A stretch of 64,000 nt of DNA from a virus (IMGVR_UViG_3300010965_000005:1-64000), one strand, 5' to 3'. Numbered from the stretch's first letter, positions 36,491 through 45,232 are shown. The notes: a model not told the origin generated them from the letters alone. Numbers and translations: made by a program.

Positions 36491-36557
36491 CGGCGTCCCT
36501 CGGATATAATGGCTGCGCCCACGTTATCAGACGCAGCCACGAATATCAACGAGAAGC

Positions 36558-36809
36558 CTAATTGCCCTCGATCTGGAGGGTGACGGCGGCTTTTCTCTTC
36601 TTGCCGCTCACCCAAGAAGTGTTGGTGGAGGTGGTATCGCGGCCCTCACAAACCACGACAAGGACATAGTTGATGTTGCCATACGAGCCGACATCAGCGG
36701 CAACACAGCCATCGGGCAATTGACGGTTGATGGTTTCCAGCTCTCGTCTGTGTTCTTCTTCAAGGCAACCAGACAGCGCCAACACGGCGATCAATAATAG
36801 TTTTTTCAT
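36558..36809 (-). CDS. small lipoprotein
   Basis: MKKLLLIAVLALSGC lipobox. Confidence 0.7.
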   Translation of the reverse strand: MKKLLLIAVLALSGCLEEEHRRELETINRQLPDGCVAADVGSYGNINYVLVVVCEGRDTTSTNTSWVSGKKRKAAVTLQIEGN

Positions 36810-37024
36810 TCGGTTTTCTCCAGTTCAAGCAAAACTTTGCGAAAATCTTCGTATGTAAGATCACGCAAAACCCACTGCCGCATCATATCCAGAACGGCGA
36901 TTTCGGCCTTATCCAGTTTGGCTTTAAGGCTTTTGATTTCATCGCCCCTCCACTCATGGATAATACCAAGACATATCCCGATCCCCAAAGCGGCGATTAA
37001 CATCAAGATGTAAGGTAACGTCAC
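36806..37024 (-). CDS. membrane-anchored hypothetical protein
   Basis: GTGA coupling; N-terminal TM segment. Confidence 0.6.
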   Translation of the reverse strand: MTLPYILMLIAALGIGICLGIIHEWRGDEIKSLKAKLDKAEIAVLDMMRQWVLRDLTYEDFRKVLLELEKTE

Positions 37025-37503
37025 TCTTTCCCCTCCAGTTCGGCAAGAACGGATCGGGCTTCTTCGATGGGCCAAGCAGGAACTTTATTATACACGGAGT
37101 GACGGATTTGAGCGTCAATTGTCATACCACCAGCACCCAGTGAAACCATTTTGCCTTCATCACAGGCGTCTGTCACTAACCGCAAAGCATCAATAGCCTT
37201 AGCCAGCTTGGCCTCTGCTGTTTCTGTGCGGGCCAGCATCAAGGCAAATGTGCGGTCACGCTCGTCTAAGATAAACTTTCGATCCCTCACCAACTGCTCA
37301 ATGCGGTCTGCCATGACTTGCGCCGCTTTAAGCATCACACCAACGCGCTGCCTCCCCAAGAAATCAAGGTTGCTCATGCAGGAACATCCGCCATTCGTAT
37401 GCACCCCCACGGTCTTTGCAATGACGCAATATCCATCACTGCACCCGCCGTTGAGGGCCGCTTGTTGGTCACGATATTGCTGGATCAGTTCTTCATCGGT
37501 CAT
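37021..37503 (-). CDS. hypothetical protein
   Basis: ATGA coupling; GCSDGYC/GGCSC and ADRIEQL motifs. Confidence 0.65.
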   Translation of the reverse strand: MTDEELIQQYRDQQAALNGGCSDGYCVIAKTVGVHTNGGCSCMSNLDFLGRQRVGVMLKAAQVMADRIEQLVRDRKFILDERDRTFALMLARTETAEAKLAKAIDALRLVTDACDEGKMVSLGAGGMTIDAQIRHSVYNKVPAWPIEEARSVLAELEGKE

Positions 37504-37820
37504 TTCTTCTCTCCGATCAGGTCGAGGATTTCTTCTTCCGCATCAGCGCAATAAGTCCAACCCTGCATTAGCTTATACGCCTCACGCAGCGCAGCTTCAC
37601 GGATGGTAGCAGGGTCAACAGCACGGGTGTTCCATTCTGCGTCATCCCGCTCTTTCACCAACGCCTCAATGCGGTCGGCGGCTTGCTTTGTGATTGTAGG
37701 GATCATTTCATAGTCTGCACCGACCATCTGTTCTTGGTCGTAATCTTTTGTGACACGTCCTAAGTATTGCAGGGTTTTAATCAGTTCTTCATCGTTAAGC
37801 GCAGCTTCACTGCTAGTCAT
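37500..37820 (-). CDS. hypothetical protein sharing its C-terminal cassette with the Lar-like gene
   Basis: WNTRAVDPATIREAALREA...LIGEKK. Confidence 0.65.
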   Translation of the reverse strand: MTSSEAALNDEELIKTLQYLGRVTKDYDQEQMVGADYEMIPTITKQAADRIEALVKERDDAEWNTRAVDPATIREAALREAYKLMQGWTYCADAEEEILDLIGEKK

Positions 37821-38206
37821 TTCTTCTCTCCGATCAGGGTAAGGATGGCGGCAGCGACATCGCCAGCACCGTCTGACATCCCTTGATACTGAGGATCAGC
37901 GCGGTGCGGGGAGTGAATGTTTTTGTATTCAGCCCACCACTCAGATGACAGCGCCTCGGCCACAGCAGCAGCCTCACGCAGCGCATCCTCACGGATGGTG
38001 GCGGGGTCAACAGCGCGGGTGTTCCATGCGGCGATAGCCTGATCCATAGTGGGAAAGTAGCCATAGCCCAGTGTAAAGATTGCCCCGTGACATTCAGGGT
38101 ATCGGCAGGACACAGCATAGGAATCCCTGCCATCGTAATCTGTCTTGCAGATCGTGTTCTTGTCGCCCCCGCAGAACGGGCATGGCTTTAGGTCTGGCTG
38201 GGTCAT
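37817..38206 (-). CDS. lar: Lar-like restriction alleviation protein
   Basis: LKPCPFCGG...C...C...AIAAWNTR; start refined to 38206. Confidence 0.7.
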   Translation of the reverse strand: MTQPDLKPCPFCGGDKNTICKTDYDGRDSYAVSCRYPECHGAIFTLGYGYFPTMDQAIAAWNTRAVDPATIREDALREAAAVAEALSSEWWAEYKNIHSPHRADPQYQGMSDGAGDVAAAILTLIGEKK

Positions 38207-38538
38207 GCCAATGCTCTCACGATAGCCAAGAACAGCGCGTCCTTCTTGCGCTGAAACTCTGGCAAATCTGCATACGGGACCATGCAGGGGTGGGTCTTTG
38301 CCACGGCGTCCTTGACCTCGCCATACACCCATCCGTCCGCGATCTTGTCTGCCATCCAATTGCTGTGCATATCTTCTGGCGTAGCGTCTGGGTATTTCAG
38401 CGCGTGTTGAACGCCGTTGATGGCGCTGTCAACTTGCCACTGGGGAGCCTGACCCCAGTGCAACGGGAATGAATCGCCATTTAGGTGACACCACACTTTG
38501 TTGGCCTCGTGGCATATGATTGCGATGTTTTCGATCAT
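38203..38538 (-). CDS. RyR (ryanodine-receptor repeat) domain protein
   Basis: H..WM..K...GW.YG..KD...KTHPCMVPY..LPE.Q..KD. Confidence 0.8.
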   Translation of the reverse strand: MIENIAIICHEANKVWCHLNGDSFPLHWGQAPQWQVDSAINGVQHALKYPDATPEDMHSNWMADKIADGWVYGEVKDAVAKTHPCMVPYADLPEFQRKKDALFLAIVRALA

Positions 38539-38792
38539 TTCTTTTCCCTCAAGATAGTATTGCGCCGTTTCTTCAGAACTTCCCGCATGGTGCATCGCAA
38601 CATCAACTGATATTTGATGCGATTGACCCGATCTGTGTCACCCGCCCATTGCGCGTCCTCTTTTGCGGCAACCAGCGTGTCTATCACCTGCGACAGGCTG
38701 TTGGTTTCGCGGTTGATGTCGTCAATGTCGTACCCGACGCGGCCCAGTAACGACACCGCCTTGGCCCTCATGTCCCTACTGCTGGTTGCCAC
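38535..38792 (-). CDS. hypothetical protein
   Basis: Fills the operon; ATGA coupling downstream; start uncertain. Confidence 0.5.
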   Translation of the reverse strand: MATSSRDMRAKAVSLLGRVGYDIDDINRETNSLSQVIDTLVAAKEDAQWAGDTDRVNRIKYQLMLRCTMREVLKKRRNTILREKK

Positions 38793-39027
38793 GGGCAGCC
38801 CTCAGTCCGCTGATGCGGCGCACGAGAATGCGCGCCATGCAGTATAGGATTCGGATTTCCTTGTGGATTTTCCATTTATCCGATGCCTTGGCGGCGTAGG
38901 AAATTTCACGCTCCTGATTGTTGATCTGAGCCTTGACGTTGAGGTGCCGCGCGAGCAGCGCCCTAACATCGTCTTGCAATTCACCCAAACGCTGCCTTGC
39001 CTCGGCGGTCATAGATTTACTTGGCAT
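38776..39027 (-). CDS. hypothetical coiled-coil protein
   Basis: Fills the operon after the Endo VII gene. Confidence 0.5.
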   Translation of the reverse strand: MPSKSMTAEARQRLGELQDDVRALLARHLNVKAQINNQEREISYAAKASDKWKIHKEIRILYCMARILVRRISGLRAARGNQQ

Positions 39028-39781
39028 CTTCAAACACCGCCGAGACGGGCATATCAGCCTGATTTTGATACTTGCCGTCATAGTATGCGTTGGCGGATGT
39101 CTGGTGAAAGATAACCTGTGCTATGCCAGCGCCCGCTGGCTGGTCGGATAATTCTTCAATCATTTTCGCAGCTTTCCTCATTACATCTGGGTTGTCCTTG
39201 AACGATCCAAGTCCCCTGTTGCAGTGGGCGCACAAGATAAACCTGACGCGCCCACTTTTGTGACAATGATCAGTATTCCAGCCCGCCTTTGCGCCAGCGT
39301 CCTTGGATTCACAAATTGCGCACTTGCACCCTTGCGCCTCAAACATAGCCTGCCATCCTTCTGGAGTCATGCCATACTTGGCTTTCAACATAGACCTGCG
39401 TTTCTTCTCTGGGTCTGTATTTTTTCTTGCGTAATCACGAGAATATTCTCGGCTTTTTTCAAGGTTTTTGTAATAGTGCTTTTTTGACCTTTCCCTGCCA
39501 CTTTTTGCTTTATCCTCTTCACTCATGCGCGGCCTGCACTTTCTTCCATCTGGCTTGCCTATGCCCTCGCGTTTTGCTTTGCGGCGACCTACGGTGCGCT
39601 TTAAATGGCAGGATACACACCAAGGGATATGCCCACGAATAAGTTTTGGGTTTTTATAGAACCCGCATTCTGGGGAATTAACCCCGCAGTTGGCGCAGGT
39701 GTACTGTGCGTACACCCGCTTTTCATTTTCAATCAAAGATGGCTGGGGTGGGATCAGTTGATTGTCCTTGATATTTTCCAT
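39017..39781 (-). mobile_element. Endonuclease VII-family (HNH) homing endonuclease fused to a displaced dcd C-terminus
   Basis: YG.T...W..M...Q..KCAIC......DHCH.SG.VR.ILC..CN.GLG.FKDN, then PAGAGIAQVIFHQTS... Start uncertain. Confidence 0.85.
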
Positions 39782-40223
39782 TGTAAGATGCCCGTTCTGA
39801 TGTCTGGTGAAAGATCACTTGAGCTATCCCCGCTCCAGCAGGGATGTGTAGACCTTCCCGACCATGATATACAAGTTCAAGGGTAAGTCCACCGCAAAAT
39901 CCACTTTCGATCACGGTGTTGAACACCGACAACCCCTGACGCGCCCATGTGCTTTTGTCATGCACCACGCCCACCAGATTTGGCGGCATCTGGAACTCTT
40001 CTATGGCGCTGGCAAGGGTGAAGTCGCCTTGTGAAAATTTACCGTCTACAATCACCCCTGACAGGTAGTCTTTATCTGGCTTGTAGAACACAACATCCTG
40101 CTTGATGCGGATGTCGTAACCAGCCTCGGACAGGCCGAAAGAGACGCCATGCTGGCGCATCTTGTCGTTGATCATGCCCTTGATGGGCGCTACCTCAAGC
40201 AGGTGTCTGCCGTTGATGATCAT
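39729..40223 (-). CDS. dcd: dCTP deaminase / trimeric dUTPase-family protein
   Basis: GLSEAGYDIRI, LASAIEEF.MP, V.DKSTWAR.G, TVIE.G..G.LTLE, IAQVIF, Y.GKYQ.Q. Confidence 0.9.
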   Translation of the reverse strand: MIINGRHLLEVAPIKGMINDKMRQHGVSFGLSEAGYDIRIKQDVVFYKPDKDYLSGVIVDGKFSQGDFTLASAIEEFQMPPNLVGVVHDKSTWARQGLSVFNTVIESGFCGGLTLELVYHGREGLHIPAGAGIAQVIFHQTSERASYNGKYQGQSTDPTPAIFD

Positions 40224-40483
40224 TGCTTCAGCCCTTCCCGTGCGATGGCAGCCATGCGCTTTACTGTGGCAGTGCTGGTGGGCTTTTCCTCGTCAATGAT
40301 ACGTTGCAGGGCAATGTTCAGCTTGTCGGCGCGATCCAGCAGGCGGTGGATTTCATCTACGTGCCGTACGATCTCAAAACCCATTCCTTGGGTCACTTCC
40401 GACAGGTGGTCCTTGTCGCGGTTAAGTTTGACCGCCTCTTCACGCAGCCGCTTGATTTCTTTCCACGGGTTCCAGATCATCAT
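40220..40483 (-). CDS. hypothetical coiled-coil protein
   Basis: AGGAG SD; ATGA coupling to dcd. Confidence 0.7.
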   Translation of the reverse strand: MMIWNPWKEIKRLREEAVKLNRDKDHLSEVTQGMGFEIVRHVDEIHRLLDRADKLNIALQRIIDEEKPTSTATVKRMAAIAREGLKQ

Positions 40484-40502
40484 TAACTCCTAAAAAATAT
40501 CC

Positions 40503-40613
40503 CTGACGGTCCCCGACACGCCACAACGGCAATATCGTCATCAGGTCGCCACGGCATCAGCGAGACGCCGTGCGCGAATATCTCATATTATGGCTGTGGG
40601 GTCAACATATCAA
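40503..40613 (-). promoter_or_regulatory. internal promoter (TTGATA-N17-TAATAT) followed by a two-hairpin leader
   Basis: The only sizeable gap in this gene run; stems CACGGCGTC/GATGCCGTG and CGATATTGCC/GGCGTGTCG. Confidence 0.45.
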
Positions 40614-40619
40614 TCAGGC

Positions 40620-40817
40620 CTAGGCCGCGTCTTTCAGGGTCTGGGTCACGCTGTGGCCGCAGCTTGGGCATTTGTGGCATGGGATAACCTTCCCCGGCCC
40701 CCCAGCAGAGAACGTGCTGGCGCGTGTATCGTTGGGGAAATCTGGCATCCCCCCGACGTAGGTTTGGGCAGTGGCGATGCCCAGAACCATGTCAGTCTTG
40801 CACTTGCGGCAGATCAT
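40620..40817 (-). CDS. small Zn-finger-like protein
   Basis: CRKC...CHKCPSCG. Confidence 0.65.
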   Translation of the reverse strand: MICRKCKTDMVLGIATAQTYVGGMPDFPNDTRASTFSAGGPGKVIPCHKCPSCGHSVTQTLKDAA

Positions 40818-41158
40818 CTTGGCACCTCAACGATTCTGACACTTGGGACGCCATCCTTGATGTCCAACTGGATGATACCAAGGGCATCGCCAGAATATGC
40901 GCCCTTGAAGCGGTAAATGTCATCACGCCAGAATCCTGTCGGCCCAGTTGGATAGATCGCCGCCCAATGTGAAACCGTCACAGGGGCGGGCTTGCCACGG
41001 TATGCGAGCCGACCGATCCATTCTGGAAGGAAGGTTGTTTTCCAGCCCTCAGAGTTATAAACTTCCCACCCGTGCGGCCACGCCATCAGGGATGCCCGTT
41101 CCTCTTCTGTCAGCAATCCGTATGGGACACGATTCGTTGTTGGGTCAAAGTAACTCAC
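40814..41158 (-). CDS. hypothetical protein, tandem paralog B
   Basis: FDPTTNRVPYGLL...WPHGWE...YRGKPAP. Confidence 0.75.
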   Translation of the reverse strand: MSYFDPTTNRVPYGLLTEEERASLMAWPHGWEVYNSEGWKTTFLPEWIGRLAYRGKPAPVTVSHWAAIYPTGPTGFWRDDIYRFKGAYSGDALGIIQLDIKDGVPSVRIVEVPR

Positions 41159-41502
41159 TTCTCCATCTCCTCAAGATGCACCGTCGATACCCCATTGCAG
41201 GTGTCAACCCGCAAGACAGCGATGCGGTCACCATTGTGGCACTTGTCCGCTGCTTTCCTGTTTGAATGTCCGCGAGGCACCAGCCCATTTGGATAAACAT
41301 TGAACCACTTTGATGTCACCACAGGCGCGGGCTTGCCACGGTAGACAGCCTGCATTGCCCAAGCTGGCCCGGGGGCTGGAACCCATTCATCAACCCAACC
41401 TTTATGAAACTCCCACCCATGCGGCCAAGCCTTTAGCGCCTCTTGTTCCTCTGGGGTCAGCAGCCCAAACGGGATGCGGTTCGTTGTTGGATCAAATGTC
41501 AT
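41155..41502 (-). CDS. hypothetical protein, tandem paralog A
   Basis: FDPTTNRIPFGLL...WPHGWE...YRGKPAP. Confidence 0.75.
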   Translation of the reverse strand: MTFDPTTNRIPFGLLTPEEQEALKAWPHGWEFHKGWVDEWVPAPGPAWAMQAVYRGKPAPVVTSKWFNVYPNGLVPRGHSNRKAADKCHNGDRIAVLRVDTCNGVSTVHLEEMEK

Positions 41503-41672
41503 TCGTCATCCCCCAGCGTGTTGATGGATACATGATCATCTGCAACAACCAACACGCCGTCGATCTTTACCTGCACCCACGGGCTTCCGCAGCACCCGCA
41601 GCCTTTCACGCTGATCTGGATGCCGCGCTTCCGCAATTCTTCGCCCAATGCGTTTGTGTATGGAATGCTCAT
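41499..41672 (-). CDS. 57-aa protein with GCGCCG motif (below track cut-off)
   Basis: ATGA overlaps at both ends; MSIPYTNALGEELRKRGIQISVKGCGCCGSPW... Confidence 0.55.
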   Translation of the reverse strand: MSIPYTNALGEELRKRGIQISVKGCGCCGSPWVQVKIDGVLVVADDHVSINTLGDDE

Positions 41673-41881
41673 TTGTCATCCCCATTGATGATCTGGGTCA
41701 CCATCACCCACGGCCAAATCATAGCGAACCAGATGGTGAGGGCAGCCGCCAGTGGCCGCTCGACCTTATAGGTGGCCTGCGTGTCATCAACGACCATGTC
41801 GAAGTTGATCAAGAGCCAAAAGACTGGCACGATGTAGGTCATGGCCCACAAGATAGTCCAGATGTTCATATCACTGTCCAT
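41669..41881 (-). CDS. two-TM membrane protein
   Basis: GGAGG SD; two hydrophobic segments. Confidence 0.6.
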   Translation of the reverse strand: MDSDMNIWTILWAMTYIVPVFWLLINFDMVVDDTQATYKVERPLAAALTIWFAMIWPWVMVTQIINGDDK

Positions 41882-42041
41882 CATCAAATTCCTCCACGAA
41901 GCGGCGAATGCCTTCCATCGCCATTGCGGTTTCATCCTCGCCCTCAATCACATAGACGCGCGTCACGCCGCTGTAATCACCCACGCCGATCACGGTGACG
42001 GTGTCACCATCAATGGTGGCGTTGCACAAAACTCGATTCAT
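41871..42041 (-). CDS. 56-aa hypothetical protein (below track cut-off)
   Basis: MNRVLCNATIDGDTVTVIGVG...; fills the gap, GGGAAG upstream. Confidence 0.55.
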   Translation of the reverse strand: MNRVLCNATIDGDTVTVIGVGDYSGVTRVYVIEGEDETAMAMEGIRRFVEEFDDGQ

Positions 42042-42267
42042 CGTCTTCCCCCCCCGACAATTGTCTCAGAACCATATTGTTGATGATTTTCATCATAGAC
42101 AGCATGGCCTGCGCCTCCCGCCCATTTCTAGAAAGTTCCATCGTCATTCCCACGGTGACGCTGCACAGCGCCGTGATCATGTCTTCTGGCGTCACATCAA
42201 GTTCGGACGCGCATTCCACTGCCGCGTTCTGGATGGCCACAACCAGCTTGACCCCATCATTTTCCAT
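42010..42267 (-). CDS. hypothetical protein
   Basis: AGGA SD after the terL stop. Confidence 0.6.
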   Translation of the reverse strand: MENDGVKLVVAIQNAAVECASELDVTPEDMITALCSVTVGMTMELSRNGREAQAMLSMMKIINNMVLRQLSGGEDDESSFVQRHH

Positions 42268-42276
42268 CAGATAATC

Positions 42277-43917
42277 CTAAATGTTGTACAGCGGCTTCCC
42301 GCCATCATTGCCATGAAACGTCTTCGCGTCCTCAATCTCAGCCATTCTTTCGGGCGCTCTTGTGAGCATACCCATATCACGGAGGTGTTTCAAGCCCATT
42401 GAGACTGTATCCACAAGATCGTCATGCGCGCCACGGGGGAATGACGACACCTGGCGGATTACCATTTCGGCCCAGTCTTTGTTGGGCGCGTAGACCATCC
42501 CCTCGCTAAAAATGTGCTGGATTGAGTATAGGCGGGCCACCTTATCGAGGGTCTTGGGGTCATACATCTGGACAGAGAAATCCTCATTTCCGAACAGGCG
42601 TCGCATCTCCTGCGCCACGCTGTGTCCCGCTGCCTTGTTTTCGATCAGAAGTACATCGACCTTCATGCGCTTGCATATGTCGGCCACCTTCTCGGTCAGG
42701 TCATGCACCTCCAGCTTGCCCTGCCACGCATACATCAGCATAGCCTTCGGCACGGGGCCGAGGGATTCAGACTGAAAGCTGCGCGTGATGTCAATGCTGC
42801 GCCCGTATCGGTCCACCGACCGCGTGGCTGCCGAATCTGAACTGCCGCCGAACACGCCCCAGATCGTCAGGGCCGATGGGTCGTTCTCGGCCTTGGTGGT
42901 GTAGGCGGTGTCGAGGGATGCCACGATGTATTCGATCCCAGGGTATTCCGCCCGATCCCAAAGCTGCCACCACTCGTCCTTGATGATCCCGCCGCCACGG
43001 GGTTCGGGGGACTGGTTGTATTGCCCGGCGGTCGCGTATGGACCCATTGCGGCCTCGTCCCGCTCGACCACGTGGAGTGGGAACCGATCAGGGAACAGCA
43101 GTTCGCCATCCTCTTCGCGGGGATCGGCATAGCCCAGCCGCGTCGGGTGCGCCCGCAGCGGGTCATAGCGCATGGGCAGCATGATGTGGTCATAACCCAT
43201 GTCGTTGTCGAGGATGACGCCGCTGACGTCCTTCTCATGGAGGCGCTGCATCACCACCACGATGGCCGACTTGTCGGGGTTGTTCAGGCGCGAGGTCACG
43301 GCCTCCTTGAACAACTGCGTGACCGTAGTCCGTTTGGCATCGCTATTGGCATCGTCCACAGAGTGACAATCATCTACCAAAATTCTGTCGCCGCGATACC
43401 CTGTCACAGATGTGAAAGCGCAAGCTTGACGCGATCCTGTTGCGGTCGTCTCAAACTTACCCTTGGCGTTCTGGTCGCCCACTAGCTTTACGCGATCCCC
43501 CCAGTGGACCTGATACCAATCATCGGTCACAAGGCGGCGCATCCTCAAGCTGTCACGCAGCGCAAGTTCCAAAGAGTGCGATGTGCAGACATATCGCATG
43601 GACGGCATATTCTGCGGACCCCATTCCCACGCGGGCCAGAACACCCCCACCAGAAGCGATTTCATGGTGCCAGGTGGCACGTTGATCAGGAGGCGGTTGT
43701 AGTAGGTGCCATCACCGTTCAGTTCGCCCCGCGTGATCGCTTCGAGGTGGGCGCAGATGAAGTCAATGTGCCACCCGTGGCAGTATGGCTGCTCAGGCTC
43801 AATGACGTGCCACGCGGCCTTCACAAACTCGGCCAGAGACAGTTCGCACTTCCGCTTCTCAATCAGCCTGCGCTGCGCCTTGGCGTCTATGCCACGGGGC
43901 AGGTTAATTACTGTCAT
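42277..43917 (-). CDS. terL: terminase large subunit
   Basis: INVPPGTMKS (Walker A), ILVDD (Walker B), VVMQRLHE, SLDTA, IENKAAG, HDDLVD. Start refined to ATG 43917, overlapping the terS end. Confidence 0.95.
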   Translation of the reverse strand: MTVINLPRGIDAKAQRRLIEKRKCELSLAEFVKAAWHVIEPEQPYCHGWHIDFICAHLEAITRGELNGDGTYYNRLLINVPPGTMKSLLVGVFWPAWEWGPQNMPSMRYVCTSHSLELALRDSLRMRRLVTDDWYQVHWGDRVKLVGDQNAKGKFETTATGSRQACAFTSVTGYRGDRILVDDCHSVDDANSDAKRTTVTQLFKEAVTSRLNNPDKSAIVVVMQRLHEKDVSGVILDNDMGYDHIMLPMRYDPLRAHPTRLGYADPREEDGELLFPDRFPLHVVERDEAAMGPYATAGQYNQSPEPRGGGIIKDEWWQLWDRAEYPGIEYIVASLDTAYTTKAENDPSALTIWGVFGGSSDSAATRSVDRYGRSIDITRSFQSESLGPVPKAMLMYAWQGKLEVHDLTEKVADICKRMKVDVLLIENKAAGHSVAQEMRRLFGNEDFSVQMYDPKTLDKVARLYSIQHIFSEGMVYAPNKDWAEMVIRQVSSFPRGAHDDLVDTVSMGLKHLRDMGMLTRAPERMAEIEDAKTFHGNDGGKPLYNI

Positions 43918-44446
43918 CGGTGGCCCCGAAGACCTTCTCCAGTGTCTCCAGTTCCTCAAGGGACAGGTTCGACACGTCGATGGTGTTCTGCACCTTGATC
44001 GGCGCGTCATCGACGCCCCCGATGAATGTCTTCTCGCCATATTTCTTGGGGTTCATGCGGCCCAGCGCCCACTTGCGCGAATCAACCCGCAGCCTGCTTC
44101 GCTGGATATGCTCGCCATTCAGGATGACCGACGTCGGGTCATCGGCGTTCCGCAGCATGAAATCGTTGGTTCCATCGTCCGCAATATCGAGGATTTCCTC
44201 GAACATAGCATCGGCCCGCATCTGCATGGCGCGCGTGTATTGGTCAACTTTTTCAGGATTTGTGGAAAGAAACTTCATAAAGCCAGAAACAGTGGGCATA
44301 TGATCATCTTTGCAAATAGTGCGGACGCTCTGGCCTTCGACCATGCGCTCACAAATCTCTAGAAACAATTCATCCGTAATTCTAATCACAGCCGCCACCT
44401 TCTGATTGGGTGACGGCAATGTAGCATTGAATCGGAAAAGTTTCAA
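43904..44446 (-). CDS. terS: terminase small subunit (Sf6/P22-like)
   Basis: EICER..EG.S.R.IC....MP, QY..A...RAD...EEILDIAD, RLRVD.RKW...RM.PKKYG.K. True start may be a GTG about 57 nt downstream. Confidence 0.9.
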   Translation of the reverse strand: MKLFRFNATLPSPNQKVAAVIRITDELFLEICERMVEGQSVRTICKDDHMPTVSGFMKFLSTNPEKVDQYTRAMQMRADAMFEEILDIADDGTNDFMLRNADDPTSVILNGEHIQRSRLRVDSRKWALGRMNPKKYGEKTFIGGVDDAPIKVQNTIDVSNLSLEELETLEKVFGATDDSN

Positions 44447-44533
44447 TGCGCGGCCTCAGTGCAGAAAGCAGACACGTCGCCGCGCTGCCGTGGATTGCGC
44501 CAACAAACGCGGCTCTCACGGCTTACCATGCGT

Positions 44534-45064
44534 TCAGCGCCGACGCGCCGCCGTCTTGATCGCCTCGGCGGTGGCGTAGGGGACTGCCACCCTGCCGTTC
44601 TCGTAATTGATGACAGAGATCAGGGGAATCTTCAATGCCGTGGAGAAATCGCTGCGGGTCATCCCCATGTTGCTCCGCAGGGCCTTCAAGTCCCGTGCGG
44701 ACATCCACGGCTCCACCATCTTCAGTCGCTGCAACTCGGCCCGCGTGATGCCCTCGCCCAGTTCTGTCAGAAAGTAAATCCGCTGGCTCGTATCGTTTGC
44801 ATCGCCACGGGCCGCCATCAGCTTTTTACGAACCAAGAGCGACATTGCCACTGATGTCTGGCGGGAGGTCATTTCCAGTCGGCGGGACAACTCCACTGAC
44901 GTCCACGGCAGGAATTCCTTGCGGCCCTTGTGCCAAAAGACTGACATGTTGTGCAACGCCTCGGCGTCAATCTGGCGGAACATCCTGGAATTCAAGATGT
45001 CGCCCTCCATCGACTCCCGCAGCGCGTCCTCGTCGTAACTGTCAAAGTTGTTCATCATGTTCAT
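44534..45064 (-). CDS. dual-HTH transcriptional regulator (winged HTH + C-terminal XRE HTH)
   Basis: TSVELSRRLEMTSRQTS.AM..L..K.L and LKALR...GMT..DF...L.I....V..YE.G. Start refined via GGAG SD. Confidence 0.75.
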   Translation of the reverse strand: MNMMNNFDSYDEDALRESMEGDILNSRMFRQIDAEALHNMSVFWHKGRKEFLPWTSVELSRRLEMTSRQTSVAMSLLVRKKLMAARGDANDTSQRIYFLTELGEGITRAELQRLKMVEPWMSARDLKALRSNMGMTRSDFSTALKIPLISVINYENGRVAVPYATAEAIKTAARRR

Positions 45065-45232
45065 TTCTTTCTCTCCATTGAGTGAGGCACCATGCCCCAT
45101 AAGCGATCAGTATCATAGGCAATTGCCCCTAACAAGAACAAAATTGAGGGTGAAAGTGCCAAGAGTAGATTCCAAAATTTCACCTACAGACATTTTACCC
45201 CTAAGCCTTTGATTTTTATAACTTTTATACAT

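Noticed and set aside
38535-39027. Possible frameshift joining the two overlapping hypothetical ORFs
   Set aside because: No slippery site or motif evidence; both can be independent genes.
40503-40580. Hammerhead ribozyme (CUGAUGA between two hairpins)
   Set aside because: Stem II is followed by GGGAC rather than GAAA, and no stem III can form.
42277-44040. Track start of terL at 44040
   Set aside because: The first 41 codons overlap terS out of frame; the ATG at 43917 fits typical coupling.
45110-45150. Phage-specific promoter TTGT-N14-TA(T/C)(G/A)AT suggested by this site and by ~29550-29573
   Set aside because: Too few and too degenerate matches to distinguish from chance.
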